This document shows positions 18,330-27,239 of a DNA stretch of 64,000 nt, piece after piece (positions within the stretch are counted from its first letter, which is position 1; every line of letters starts with the position of its first letter). A program made the translations under genes and the position numbers. Under the pieces are notes generated by a model, which was not told the DNA's origin, did no database searches, and saw nothing but the letters and a program-made list of their open reading frames with translations. This DNA comes from an uncultured delta proteobacterium. GTDB taxonomy: Bacteria > Desulfobacterota > Desulfobacteria > Desulfobacterales > Desulfosalsimonadaceae. The DNA is taken from assembly GCA_963826785.1 (NCBI GenBank), contig CAWGYD010000004.1, forward strand, positions 352,001 through 416,000, read 5' to 3'.

Positions 18330-19055
18330 TCATTTCCCAAGTGCATTATTGAGGTATTGATACAGCTCTTTTAACTGCGCATCCGAGATCGCCGATTTCG
18401 AAAAGGCGGGCATGGGCGGCGGGGCATTGCGGATCCAGGCATTGAAGGTGACGGGACTTGCCAGCATCACGGAGCCGCAAATGCCCCGCTCCGGCTGGAT
18501 GTTGTTGGCACCGCCGGGGTGGCAGCCCACGCAGTGATTGGAAAATACCTGCTGGCCGGCCTGAAACGCCTCGGGTGCCGGAAAAACCCGTTCGCCGTAA
18601 GCGACCACCCCGCCGAAATACCCCAGTGTGACAACCGCCAGAAGCGCGGCCGTATAGATCCCCATCAAACCCTTCGATACCACCGCTCCGTTTCGATATC
18701 CCAGGAAAATGGCGATGCACAGGATGATGAACAGAAATCCGGCCATTCCCATTTTGATCTTGAACGCAAACAGCATCGCGCCGGCAAAATAGTGCTGCCA
18801 GTCCAGGGCTCCCCCGGCGACGGTGGTAAACCAGAAAAGCAATGCGAGCAGAATGCATAGCCGGGCGGCCCGTGCGTATGTCGACGATCCGAATGGGGAG
18901 ATCGCCTGCAGCCGTGTCCAGCGGTAGAGCATAAAGGAGATCAGTCCCAGAATAAAAGCACCCATGACCAGCCCGATGGGCATGTGGACCTGGGTGGCAT
19001 GCACCGGATGGGTATATCCGATGGCGTGCATCGCATTATAAAAAGCATCGACCAT
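18330..19055 (-). CDS. DUF2231-like 4-TM membrane domain fused to a monoheme cytochrome c
   Basis: HPVHATQVHMPIG start of TM1 and four hydrophobic helices; then GQQVFSNHCVGCHPGG...MPAF...LYQYL (class I cytochrome c). Confidence 0.8.
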   Translation of the reverse strand: MVDAFYNAMHAIGYTHPVHATQVHMPIGLVMGAFILGLISFMLYRWTRLQAISPFGSSTYARAARLCILLALLFWFTTVAGGALDWQHYFAGAMLFAFKIKMGMAGFLFIILCIAIFLGYRNGAVVSKGLMGIYTAALLAVVTLGYFGGVVAYGERVFPAPEAFQAGQQVFSNHCVGCHPGGANNIQPERGICGSVMLASPVTFNAWIRNAPPPMPAFSKSAISDAQLKELYQYLNNALGK

Positions 19056-19499
19056 TTTTCCATCCCGCCAACAGGGTGAACGGACCCGTTCTTAACTTTT
19101 CGGCCCGTAATAGGCCAAAAAAGTATAGGCCTCGTAAAGACTATGCAATAGGGTCGAGAATGTATTTTTATCCATTCCTGACCGTACCCGCTGCCTGAAC
19201 CCAAGCCACATCTTTAACGACAGAGTCCCTTTTTGCCTGTCTACTGACCGTAAGATGTCTTTACCGTCGATTGGTCAGTGAAATACGGGTTACATTGTAT
19301 TGCGGAACACCTGTTATGAATTTATGATGTTGAATATCAGAAGATGATAAATCAATTATTTAAAATTAATTCAAATCGATAAATTAAAAAAATCATTTCA
19401 TTTGGGTCTCGGTTTTTTAGCATCATGAGAATATCATAACGATTAATGTCCGATATCCAAAAGTGCTTCTAACCTTTCAGGCAGGAGAGGGGGAGGTCA

Positions 19500-20843
19500 A
19501 TGCAGCGCGTGTTCCATTTTAGCGGAAATATTCTGGCATTTTTCATGGTTCTGTGTTTTTTATGTGCCCCGGATGTCCATGCCGTACCGAGCTACGCCCG
19601 GCAGACCGGCCTGGCGTGTGCCCAGTGCCACCGGGCCTTTCCGCAGCTCACCAGCTTCGGGCGCGAATTCAAGGCGGGAGGATATACCCTGTCGCAGCTG
19701 AAATCGATCACCGCAAAAGGAGGGACAACGGCGCCCCTGAAGCTCAACGAGGTCCTGCCCTTATCCCTGATGTTTCAGGCCGCCTATGAGCGCACCGATG
19801 AAAAACAGCCGGGGACCCAGAACGATGACGTATATTTCCCGCAGCAGTTCAGCGTGTTTCTGGCCGGTGAGATGACGCCCCATGTGGGCACCTTCCTCCA
19901 GGTGACCTACACCCAGGAAGATGACAAATTCAGCATGGACAATACCGACATCCGCATCGCATACACCACGGCCCTGATGGGGAAACAGTTTGCCTACGGC
20001 CTCACCCTCAACAACAATCCCACGGTGGAGGACCTGTGGAACAGCACCCCGGCCTGGGGATTCCCGTTCGCCTCCCCGGACGATGTGCCGGCGCCTGCAG
20101 CCGCAGCGCTGGTGGACGGCGGGCTGGGGCAGGAGGCGGCGGGCCTGGGCGCATACGGGTTCTACAACCGGCAATGGTACGGGGACGTGACCCTGTACCG
20201 CACCGCCCAGATCGGGGGGCCGGAACCCCCCTCCGCCGACAGCGAGGACACTATCAACGATGTGGCGCCCTACTGGCGGTTTGCCTGGCAGATGCACGAC
20301 GCCCCCTACCTGTTGGAACTGGGGACCTACGGCCTTTATGCGAAGCTGTATCCTCAGGGCGTATCCGGGGAAACCGACAACTACACGGATCTGGGTTTCG
20401 ACTGGGAGTTCAGCCGGCAGATCGGCGATGATGAAATCGTATTTCAGGGGACCTACATCTATGAAACCGTGGACCTGGATGCCAGTTTCGCCGCTGGGAA
20501 TGCGAGTCATACGTCCAATGACCTCCACACCGCCCGGGCAAATGCCAGCTACTACCTGGACGGCAGCTACGTATTCACGCTCGCCGGATTTTTAATCCGG
20601 GGCGACAAGGACAATCATTTCTACTCCAACTCCGATGACCCGCTCCAGACCAGCGCCGGCGGGAGCCCGGACAGCGACGGCATCATCGGCCAGGCGGCGT
20701 ATTACCCCTGGCAGAACCTGCGGCTTTCGCTGCAGTACACCTATTACACGCAGTTCAATGGGAGCAAGGATAATTACAATGGCCAGGGAAGGGATGCCAC
20801 GGACAACAACACCCTGTACGTTCTGGCCTGGTTCATGTGGTAG
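19500..20843 (+). CDS. cyc2: Cyc2-like outer-membrane cytochrome c-porin fusion
   Basis: Signal peptide ending VHA, then VPSYARQTGLACAQCHRAFPQLTSFGREFKAGGY (ARQT-CxxCH-PxL-FGR signature). About 380 aa of amphipathic, aromatic-rich beta-strand-like sequence follows, ending YVLAWFMW. Confidence 0.82.
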   Translation: MQRVFHFSGNILAFFMVLCFLCAPDVHAVPSYARQTGLACAQCHRAFPQLTSFGREFKAGGYTLSQLKSITAKGGTTAPLKLNEVLPLSLMFQAAYERTDEKQPGTQNDDVYFPQQFSVFLAGEMTPHVGTFLQVTYTQEDDKFSMDNTDIRIAYTTALMGKQFAYGLTLNNNPTVEDLWNSTPAWGFPFASPDDVPAPAAAALVDGGLGQEAAGLGAYGFYNRQWYGDVTLYRTAQIGGPEPPSADSEDTINDVAPYWRFAWQMHDAPYLLELGTYGLYAKLYPQGVSGETDNYTDLGFDWEFSRQIGDDEIVFQGTYIYETVDLDASFAAGNASHTSNDLHTARANASYYLDGSYVFTLAGFLIRGDKDNHFYSNSDDPLQTSAGGSPDSDGIIGQAAYYPWQNLRLSLQYTYYTQFNGSKDNYNGQGRDATDNNTLYVLAWFMW

Positions 20844-20950
20844 CAGCGGATGGACAAGCGGGTAAAACATGTTCATCATTTTCAGCAGGCAAAACACCCT
20901 TTTTCATACCTGCAGGCGGAAGCCTCGCATATCCAGAAAGGAAACCGAAG

Positions 20951-21307
20951 ATGAAAAGAATACTGATGTGGACCCTGGCGGGTCTTGTTGCGGGTGCCGT
21001 CTTCATGGGCGGCGTGTTGAATGCAGCCGGCGATGAGGCCGCCCAGGGCAAGCAGGTCTTTGACAATCGCTGCGCTCTGTGCCACGGGCAGAATGGGGCC
21101 GGGGACGGCCCGGCGGCATCTTCTTTTACTCCGCCGCCGGCAGATTTTACCAAGGCCGGTTTCTGGGACCGTAAAGATATCGATAGCATCATTTCCCAGA
21201 CCATCCAGAACGGCAAGGGGGCCATGCCGCCGGTGCCGCTGAGCAGTGATCAGGTCAAGCAGGTGACGGCCTATATGACCCAGAACTTCAAGCCATCGGG
21301 CAAGTAA
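20951..21307 (+). CDS. Periplasmic monoheme class I cytochrome c
   Basis: Signal peptide, GKQVFDNRCALCHG, distal Met in GAMPP, VTAYM; start chosen at ATG 20951. Confidence 0.88.
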   Translation: MKRILMWTLAGLVAGAVFMGGVLNAAGDEAAQGKQVFDNRCALCHGQNGAGDGPAASSFTPPPADFTKAGFWDRKDIDSIISQTIQNGKGAMPPVPLSSDQVKQVTAYMTQNFKPSGK

Positions 21308-21500
21308 AACGTTAGAATTTGACCACCCCGCGTAATCCGGGGGCCCAGCCGTTTTCTTGATCTTTGCCGGGATGGATGAAGTAGAGGATGTCCGGCTGGA
21401 ATGACAGATGCGGCCTGATTCACGGATGCACGTCCATTCCATCCGCCCTTATCCGCGGCAAACAATATCTGCGCCAATTCGAAATAAGGAGCAAAACAAC

Positions 21501-23336
21501 ATGGCAGTCAAAGAAAACGGACAGTTGGAAAAAATCGCCGCGCTGATGCGCTATTACATGCTCAAGATGACCTCCCAGGCCGGTTCCGGGCATCCCACTT
21601 CCGGGCTTTCAGCCGCCGATTTGATGTGCGGGCTTTTTTTCGGGGGGTATTTCCGGTTCGATCCACAGCGGCCCGCCCATCCCAACAACGACCGCCTGAT
21701 ATTTTCCAAGGGGCATGCCTCCCCGCTCCTGTATGCCCTGTGGGGGGCCGCCGGGCAGATCAGCGAGCAGGAGATCATGACCTACCGGAGCTTCGGCAGT
21801 GTGCTGGAGGGGCATCCCACTCCCCGGTTCAGGTATGTGGATGCGGCCACCGGATCACTGGGGCAGGGGCTTTCCATGGGCGTGGGCATGGCCATCAATG
21901 CCAAATACCTGGACAAGCTCCCCTACCGGACCTTCGTGCTGCTGGGGGACAGCGAAATGGCCGAGGGCTCCCAGTGGGAAGCCATTCAGCTGGGGGCCTA
22001 CTACAAACTGAACAACCTCATCGGCATCATCGACGTGAACCGGCTGGGCCAGCGCGGCGAGACCATGTACGGCCATGATATCGAAGCCTACGGGAAACGG
22101 GTGAACGCCTTCGGCTGGACCCCGATTCTGGTTGACGGCCATTCTTTTCCGGAAATACGCGATGCCTATGAAAAGGCGCTCAAACCTTCAAACGACCGGC
22201 CGGTCATGATCATCGCCAAAACCATCAAGGGCAAGGGGGTTCCGGCGGTCGAAGACAAGAACGGCTTCCACGGCAAGCCGGTCAAGGACCTGGAAGAAGC
22301 CATCGCGGGACTCGGAAAGATCGATCATTCGGTCAGGGGCGAACTGAAGCAGCCGGAAGATCTTTTCCCGCCGGAAATTGCGGCCGGACAAATCGCGCCG
22401 CCGGATTACCCCAAAGATGAGCCGGTGGCCACCCGAAACGGCTATGGAAATGCCCTGAAGCGCATTTATCCGAAATTTCCGGATATGGTCAGCCTGGACG
22501 GAGAAGTGAGCAACTCCACCCGGGCCGAATTTTTCAAAAAGGCGCATCCCGACCGGTTTTTCGAGATGTTCATTGCCGAGCAGAACATGGTGGGGGCGGC
22601 CCTGGGCCTCCAGAGCCGGGGCAAGATCCCCTTTGTCTCCACCTTTGCGGCGTTTCTGACCCGGGCCTATGACCAGATCCGCATGAGCCACTACTCGGAT
22701 GCCAACATCAAGTTCGTCGGCTCCCATGCCGGCGTGTCCATCGGCCAGGACGGTCCTTCCCAGATGGGCCTGGAGGACATCGCCATGTTCCGGGCGATCC
22801 TGGACAGCGTGGTCCTCTACCCCTGCGATGCCGTATCGGCGGAACGGCTGGTGGAGCAGGCCGCCGATCACGAGGGGATGGTCTACATCCGGACCACCCG
22901 GGGGAAAACACCGGTGATTTATGACGCCAATGAACAGTTTCCCATCGGCGGCAGCAAGGTGCTGAAGAAGACCGGGAATGACAAGGCCACCGTAATCGGC
23001 GCCGGCATCACCCTGCACGAGGCGCTCAAAGCCCATGACGAGCTGAAACAGGAAAACCTGTCCATCCGCGTCATCGACCTCTACAGCATCAAGCCGATCG
23101 ATGAGCAAACCCTTCGGGCGGCGGCCGAAGAAACCGCCTTTATCGTCACCGTCGAGGATCATTATGCCGAAGGGGGCATCGGGGAAGCGGTCCGCAGCGC
23201 TCTTTTTGACACCGGGGTGCCGGTCCATTCCCTGGCGGTGCGGAAAAAACCCCGGAGCGGCAAGCCCGGCGAACTTCTTGATTTCGAGCAGATCTCCAGC
23301 AAAGCCATTGTCGCCAAAGTCAAAGAGGCATGCTGA
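21501..23336 (+). CDS. tkt: Transketolase (single-chain, ~611-aa type)
   Basis: SGHPTS, SKGHA, GHPTP, TGSLGQG, GDSE-EG, IAEQNM, DGPSQM; RBS AAGGAG before ATG 21501. Confidence 0.93.
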   Translation: MAVKENGQLEKIAALMRYYMLKMTSQAGSGHPTSGLSAADLMCGLFFGGYFRFDPQRPAHPNNDRLIFSKGHASPLLYALWGAAGQISEQEIMTYRSFGSVLEGHPTPRFRYVDAATGSLGQGLSMGVGMAINAKYLDKLPYRTFVLLGDSEMAEGSQWEAIQLGAYYKLNNLIGIIDVNRLGQRGETMYGHDIEAYGKRVNAFGWTPILVDGHSFPEIRDAYEKALKPSNDRPVMIIAKTIKGKGVPAVEDKNGFHGKPVKDLEEAIAGLGKIDHSVRGELKQPEDLFPPEIAAGQIAPPDYPKDEPVATRNGYGNALKRIYPKFPDMVSLDGEVSNSTRAEFFKKAHPDRFFEMFIAEQNMVGAALGLQSRGKIPFVSTFAAFLTRAYDQIRMSHYSDANIKFVGSHAGVSIGQDGPSQMGLEDIAMFRAILDSVVLYPCDAVSAERLVEQAADHEGMVYIRTTRGKTPVIYDANEQFPIGGSKVLKKTGNDKATVIGAGITLHEALKAHDELKQENLSIRVIDLYSIKPIDEQTLRAAAEETAFIVTVEDHYAEGGIGEAVRSALFDTGVPVHSLAVRKKPRSGKPGELLDFEQISSKAIVAKVKEAC

Positions 23337-23828
23337 ATGACCGGCAAGACGCAATTTCCGGGACAGGATGCCTTTCGGGTCGTCCGGGTCGGGGTGGCGG
23401 CGGACCACGGCGGCTTCGAGCTGAAAACCCGGCTGGCGGAACTGCTGCGCCTGGCCGGCTATGATGTGGTCGATTTCGGTGCCGACCGGCTCGTCCCGGA
23501 TGATGACTATCCGGATCTGGTGATTCCGCTGGCCCGGGCCGTGGCGGCCGGCGAAGTGGACCGGGGGCTGGCGGTCTGCGGCAGCGGAGTGGGGGCGTGC
23601 ATGGCCGCCAATAAAGTCACGGGCGCGCGGGCTGCGCTGATCACCGATGGCTTTTCCGCCCACCAGGGGGTGGAGGACGACGACATGAACATCATGTGCC
23701 TGGGGGGCCGGGTGACCGGTCATGCCCTGGCCTGGGACCTGGTGCGGACGTTTCTGCACTCCCGGTTCAAGGGGACCGAGCGGTTCCGGCGGCGACTGGA
23801 CAAGATCCGGGCGCTGGAGGGGAAATAG
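23337..23828 (+). CDS. rpiB: Ribose-5-phosphate isomerase B
   Basis: ADHGG, DDYPD, CGSGVG, ANKV. Confidence 0.92.
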   Translation: MTGKTQFPGQDAFRVVRVGVAADHGGFELKTRLAELLRLAGYDVVDFGADRLVPDDDYPDLVIPLARAVAAGEVDRGLAVCGSGVGACMAANKVTGARAALITDGFSAHQGVEDDDMNIMCLGGRVTGHALAWDLVRTFLHSRFKGTERFRRRLDKIRALEGK

Positions 23829-23831
23829 TAA

Positions 23832-23945
23832 AGAAGTCAGGAGCCGGAAGCCAGAAGATACATTGTCCTTCGCTCCTTCTGATAATGATGAGCCGAAGGC
23901 GAAAACCATATTCTGGATTCTGGATTCTGGATTCTGGCTTCTGGA
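23832..23945. repeat. Heptamer tandem repeats arranged as an inverted pair
   Basis: (TTCTGGA)3-TTCTGGC-TTCTGGA at 23911-23945; degenerate complementary heptamers AGAAGTC-AGGAGCC-GGAAGCC-AGAAG at 23832-23857. Confidence 0.75.
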
Positions 23946-23982
23946 TTTTTATCCGTTTTGAATTGAGAATACAGGAGAGAAA

Positions 23983-26814
23983 ATGAACCCACTGCTCAAA
24001 ATACAGGAATTCGGCCAGAGCATCTGGATGGATTTTATCCGCCGGCAGCTCATCACCTCGGGTGAACTCCGGCAACTCATCAGGGAGGACGGCCTGCGGG
24101 GCGTGACATCCAACCCCAAGATTTTCGACAAGGTGATCGCCGGCAGCCGCGACTATGACGACGACATCCGGGCCATGGCCCTGGAGGGCAGGCACATCGA
24201 AGCGATCTACCAGGCCATCACCGTGAGGGACGTGCAGATGGCGGCGGACCAGTTCCGCCCGCTGTACGACGAATCCGAAGGTGCGCACGGGTTTGTCAGC
24301 CTGGAGGTCAATCCCCACCTGGCCCATGACACGGAGGGGACCATCGCGGAAGCGCGTCAGCTCTGGAAACTGCTCGACCGGCCCAACGTCTTCATCAAGG
24401 TTCCGGCGACAAAGGAAGGCCTGCCGGCCATCCAGCAGCTGATCAGCGAGGGAATCAACGTCAATGTCACCCTTCTGTTCGGCCTGCCCCGCTACAGGGA
24501 GGTGGCAAACGCCTATATCAGCGGCCTGGAGGAGCGCGCCGCCCGGGGCGAACCCCTGGAGCGCATCGCATCTGTGGCCAGCTTTTTTCTCAGCCGGATC
24601 GACGTGCTGGTCGATCCGAAACTGGAAAAGATGGCGCAGCGGGCGGGCGAGATCGGTGAGGTGGCCGAAAAATGCCAGGGACAGGTGGCCATTGCCAGCG
24701 CCCGCCAGGCCTACCAGATCTACAGGGAAATTTTCGAAGGCGGCCGCTTCCGGAAACTGGCGGAAAAGGGGGCCCGTTCCCAGCGGGTCCTGTGGGCCAG
24801 CACCAGCACCAAGAATCCCGCCTATGCCGATGTGAAATACGTGGAAGCCCTGATCGGCGAAGAAACCATCAACACGCTGCCCCAGGAAACCCTGGACGCC
24901 TACCGGGATCATGGAGCGCCGGAGGCCCGGCTGGAGAACCACCTGGACCAGGCCCGCAGCGTGTTGAAAAATCTGGCCGAACTCGACATCAACATCGATG
25001 CGGTCACCCAGCAGCTGGAAGACGAAGGGGTGGAAAAGTTCAACAAGCCCTATGACAGCCTGATGGAGACGCTGAAAAAAGCCCGGGCCGCGGCACTGGA
25101 AGAACCGGTGGACCAGCAGCTTATCGAACCCGAAGACTACCGGCAGGAGGCGAAAAAGCAGATCGCCGATCTGGAGAATAAATCCTTTGCCGTCCGCCTG
25201 TGGCGCAAGGACCCTTCGCTGTGGAGCGATGAGGAAAATGTTTGCGGCCAGATCAAAGAAAGCCTGGGCTGGCTGCACGTGGCCACCAGGATGGAGGAAA
25301 ACGTCATTGAACTGGAGGCATTCCGGGACGAGGTGAAGGCCGCGGGATTCAGGCACGTGGTGCACATGGGGATGGGCGGCAGCAGCCTGGCCCCCCTGGC
25401 GTTTCAGCGGACGTTTCCCATCGGGGAGAAAGGGATGCCGCTGACGGTGCTCGACACCACCGACCCGGCCACCATCAGAGACATCGATCACCGGGTGCCG
25501 CTGGAAAAAACGCTTTTCATCATCGCCAGCAAATCGGGAACCACCGCCGAACCCCTGGCGTTCGGCGAATATTTCTTCAACCGGGTCAAAGCGGTAAAAG
25601 GCGAAAAAGCCGGGGAAAATTTCGTGGCCATCACCGATCCCGGGACGCACCTGGAAAACCTGGCCCGGGAGCAGGGCTTTCGACAAACTTTTTTAAATTT
25701 CAAGGACATCGGCGGACGATATTCCGCACTTTCCTATTTCGGCCTGGTGCCGGCGGCCCTCATGGGGCTGAATGCAGGGGAACTGCTGGTGCGCTCGCTG
25801 CGGATGTGCCATGCCTGCGGATCACCGGTACCCGTTGAAGACAATCCCGGTGTGGTGCTGGGGGCGCTTCTGGGGCAGCTGGCGAAATCCGGTCGGGACA
25901 AGGTCACCTTTATCATGCCCCCGGCCATTGAGACGCTGGGCATGTGGCTGGAGCAGCTGCTGGCGGAAAGCACCGGCAAGCAGGAAAAGGGGCTTCTGCC
26001 GGTGGCGGGCGAGCCGGTGGGGCCGCCCTCCTTTTACGGAAAGGACCGGGTATTTGTCTATACCCGGCTGTCCGGGTCGATTGATGAACGCCTGGAGCGC
26101 AGCGTGGCCGCCCTGAAGGCGGCGGGACACCCGGTGATCACCATCGACATGGGCGACCTCATGGACCTGGGGCAGGAGTTTTTCCGCTGGGAGATCGCCA
26201 CGGCCACCGCCGGCGCGGTCATCGGGATCAACCCCTTCGACCAGCCCAATGTCCAGGAGAGCAAGGAGAACACCAATCGGCTGCTCAAGACGGCCGAAAA
26301 AGAGGGTGGGCTGCCGAAAGAAAAACCGGCACTTTCCGAAGGGGTCCTGAGCCTCTACTGCCCGGATAATATCAAGGGGAAAACCATTTCGGATGCGCTG
26401 GCCTATTTTTTAAAAGAGCAGGTCCGTCCCGGCGACTATATCGCGCTACTCTCCTATATTACCGAAGAAGCGGCCGCCGACCGGATCATCTCGAGTCTCC
26501 GCCAGCGCCTGGGGCAGCAGTTTAATACCGCCACCACATCGGGATACGGGCCGCGGTATCTGCATTCCACCGGCCAGTTCCACAAGGGGGGGCCCAATTC
26601 GGGCATTTTTATCCAGTTGACCCAGGATACCGCGGAAGACGTCAATGTCCCCGGAAAATCCTACTCGTTCGGCATACTCCGGGAGGCCCAGGCGAAAGGG
26701 GACTTGGAGGCCCTGAACCGCCACGGCCGCCGGGCCCTGCGCATCCACCTGGGCGCCGATGCCGGCAGAGGCCTTCTCGAACTGGAAAAAGCCGTCAGCA
26801 GCGCACTGGTTTAA
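23983..26814 (+). CDS. tal-pgi: Bifunctional transaldolase / glucose-6-phosphate isomerase
   Basis: Tal motifs GQSIWMD, GVTSNP, FIKVPAT, NVTLLF, LWAST; Pgi motifs GMGGSSL, SKSGTT, IGGRYS, EQLLAESTGK, PFDQPNV. Confidence 0.95.
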   Translation: MNPLLKIQEFGQSIWMDFIRRQLITSGELRQLIREDGLRGVTSNPKIFDKVIAGSRDYDDDIRAMALEGRHIEAIYQAITVRDVQMAADQFRPLYDESEGAHGFVSLEVNPHLAHDTEGTIAEARQLWKLLDRPNVFIKVPATKEGLPAIQQLISEGINVNVTLLFGLPRYREVANAYISGLEERAARGEPLERIASVASFFLSRIDVLVDPKLEKMAQRAGEIGEVAEKCQGQVAIASARQAYQIYREIFEGGRFRKLAEKGARSQRVLWASTSTKNPAYADVKYVEALIGEETINTLPQETLDAYRDHGAPEARLENHLDQARSVLKNLAELDINIDAVTQQLEDEGVEKFNKPYDSLMETLKKARAAALEEPVDQQLIEPEDYRQEAKKQIADLENKSFAVRLWRKDPSLWSDEENVCGQIKESLGWLHVATRMEENVIELEAFRDEVKAAGFRHVVHMGMGGSSLAPLAFQRTFPIGEKGMPLTVLDTTDPATIRDIDHRVPLEKTLFIIASKSGTTAEPLAFGEYFFNRVKAVKGEKAGENFVAITDPGTHLENLAREQGFRQTFLNFKDIGGRYSALSYFGLVPAALMGLNAGELLVRSLRMCHACGSPVPVEDNPGVVLGALLGQLAKSGRDKVTFIMPPAIETLGMWLEQLLAESTGKQEKGLLPVAGEPVGPPSFYGKDRVFVYTRLSGSIDERLERSVAALKAAGHPVITIDMGDLMDLGQEFFRWEIATATAGAVIGINPFDQPNVQESKENTNRLLKTAEKEGGLPKEKPALSEGVLSLYCPDNIKGKTISDALAYFLKEQVRPGDYIALLSYITEEAAADRIISSLRQRLGQQFNTATTSGYGPRYLHSTGQFHKGGPNSGIFIQLTQDTAEDVNVPGKSYSFGILREAQAKGDLEALNRHGRRALRIHLGADAGRGLLELEKAVSSALV

Positions 26815-26823
26815 AGCCGCATT

Positions 26824-27174
26824 TTACGATCCCGACTCCTGAATCGTTTTCAGATAGGCAATGATATCCTGCATTTTCTGTGAATCGGGCGGAAGTGCAT
26901 TCCCTTGCAGGGCCATGGTGATGCACTGGTTAATGGCCGTGGTGAGCTGGTCGCTCTTTCCGGCCGGGGTGCTAAAGTTCTGTTTTTCCGTGACCCCGGC
27001 CAGCCCCTTGCCATCGGGATGGCAGGTACTGCATGCCTTGTCGTTCGTGCTGCCGCTCAGATTCGGATCATCGAACAGTTTTTGGCCTTCATCTGCGTTT
27101 CCTGCCGCATAGGCCAGCGAGAAAACCAGCCCCAGGATAACCAGTCCCATCATCATGCTTTTCAACGTTTTCAT
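26824..27174 (-). CDS. Exported monoheme cytochrome c, probable His/Cys ligation
   Basis: Signal peptide ending AYA, CSTCH, then INQCITMALQGNALPPDSQKMQDIIAYL; start at MKTLK (27174). Confidence 0.82.
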   Translation of the reverse strand: MKTLKSMMMGLVILGLVFSLAYAAGNADEGQKLFDDPNLSGSTNDKACSTCHPDGKGLAGVTEKQNFSTPAGKSDQLTTAINQCITMALQGNALPPDSQKMQDIIAYLKTIQESGS

Positions 27175-27239
27175 ATCCGATCTCCATTTTCTGTTGTGTT
27201 GTCGAGTTGGCCAGAATCCCCCATGCCGCATGGAGGGAC

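Noticed and set aside
19160..19255. Minus-strand GGCAAA...GGGAC...GGCAGCGGG resembling a c-di-GMP-I riboswitch
   Set aside because: The GNRA-capped P2 stem and the GACGCAAAGC junction are missing; the resemblance is fragmentary.
23911..23945. Tandem repeats here and at 28607-28660 as a possible CRISPR array
   Set aside because: Units are 7-15 bp with no unique spacers, and no cas genes are present.
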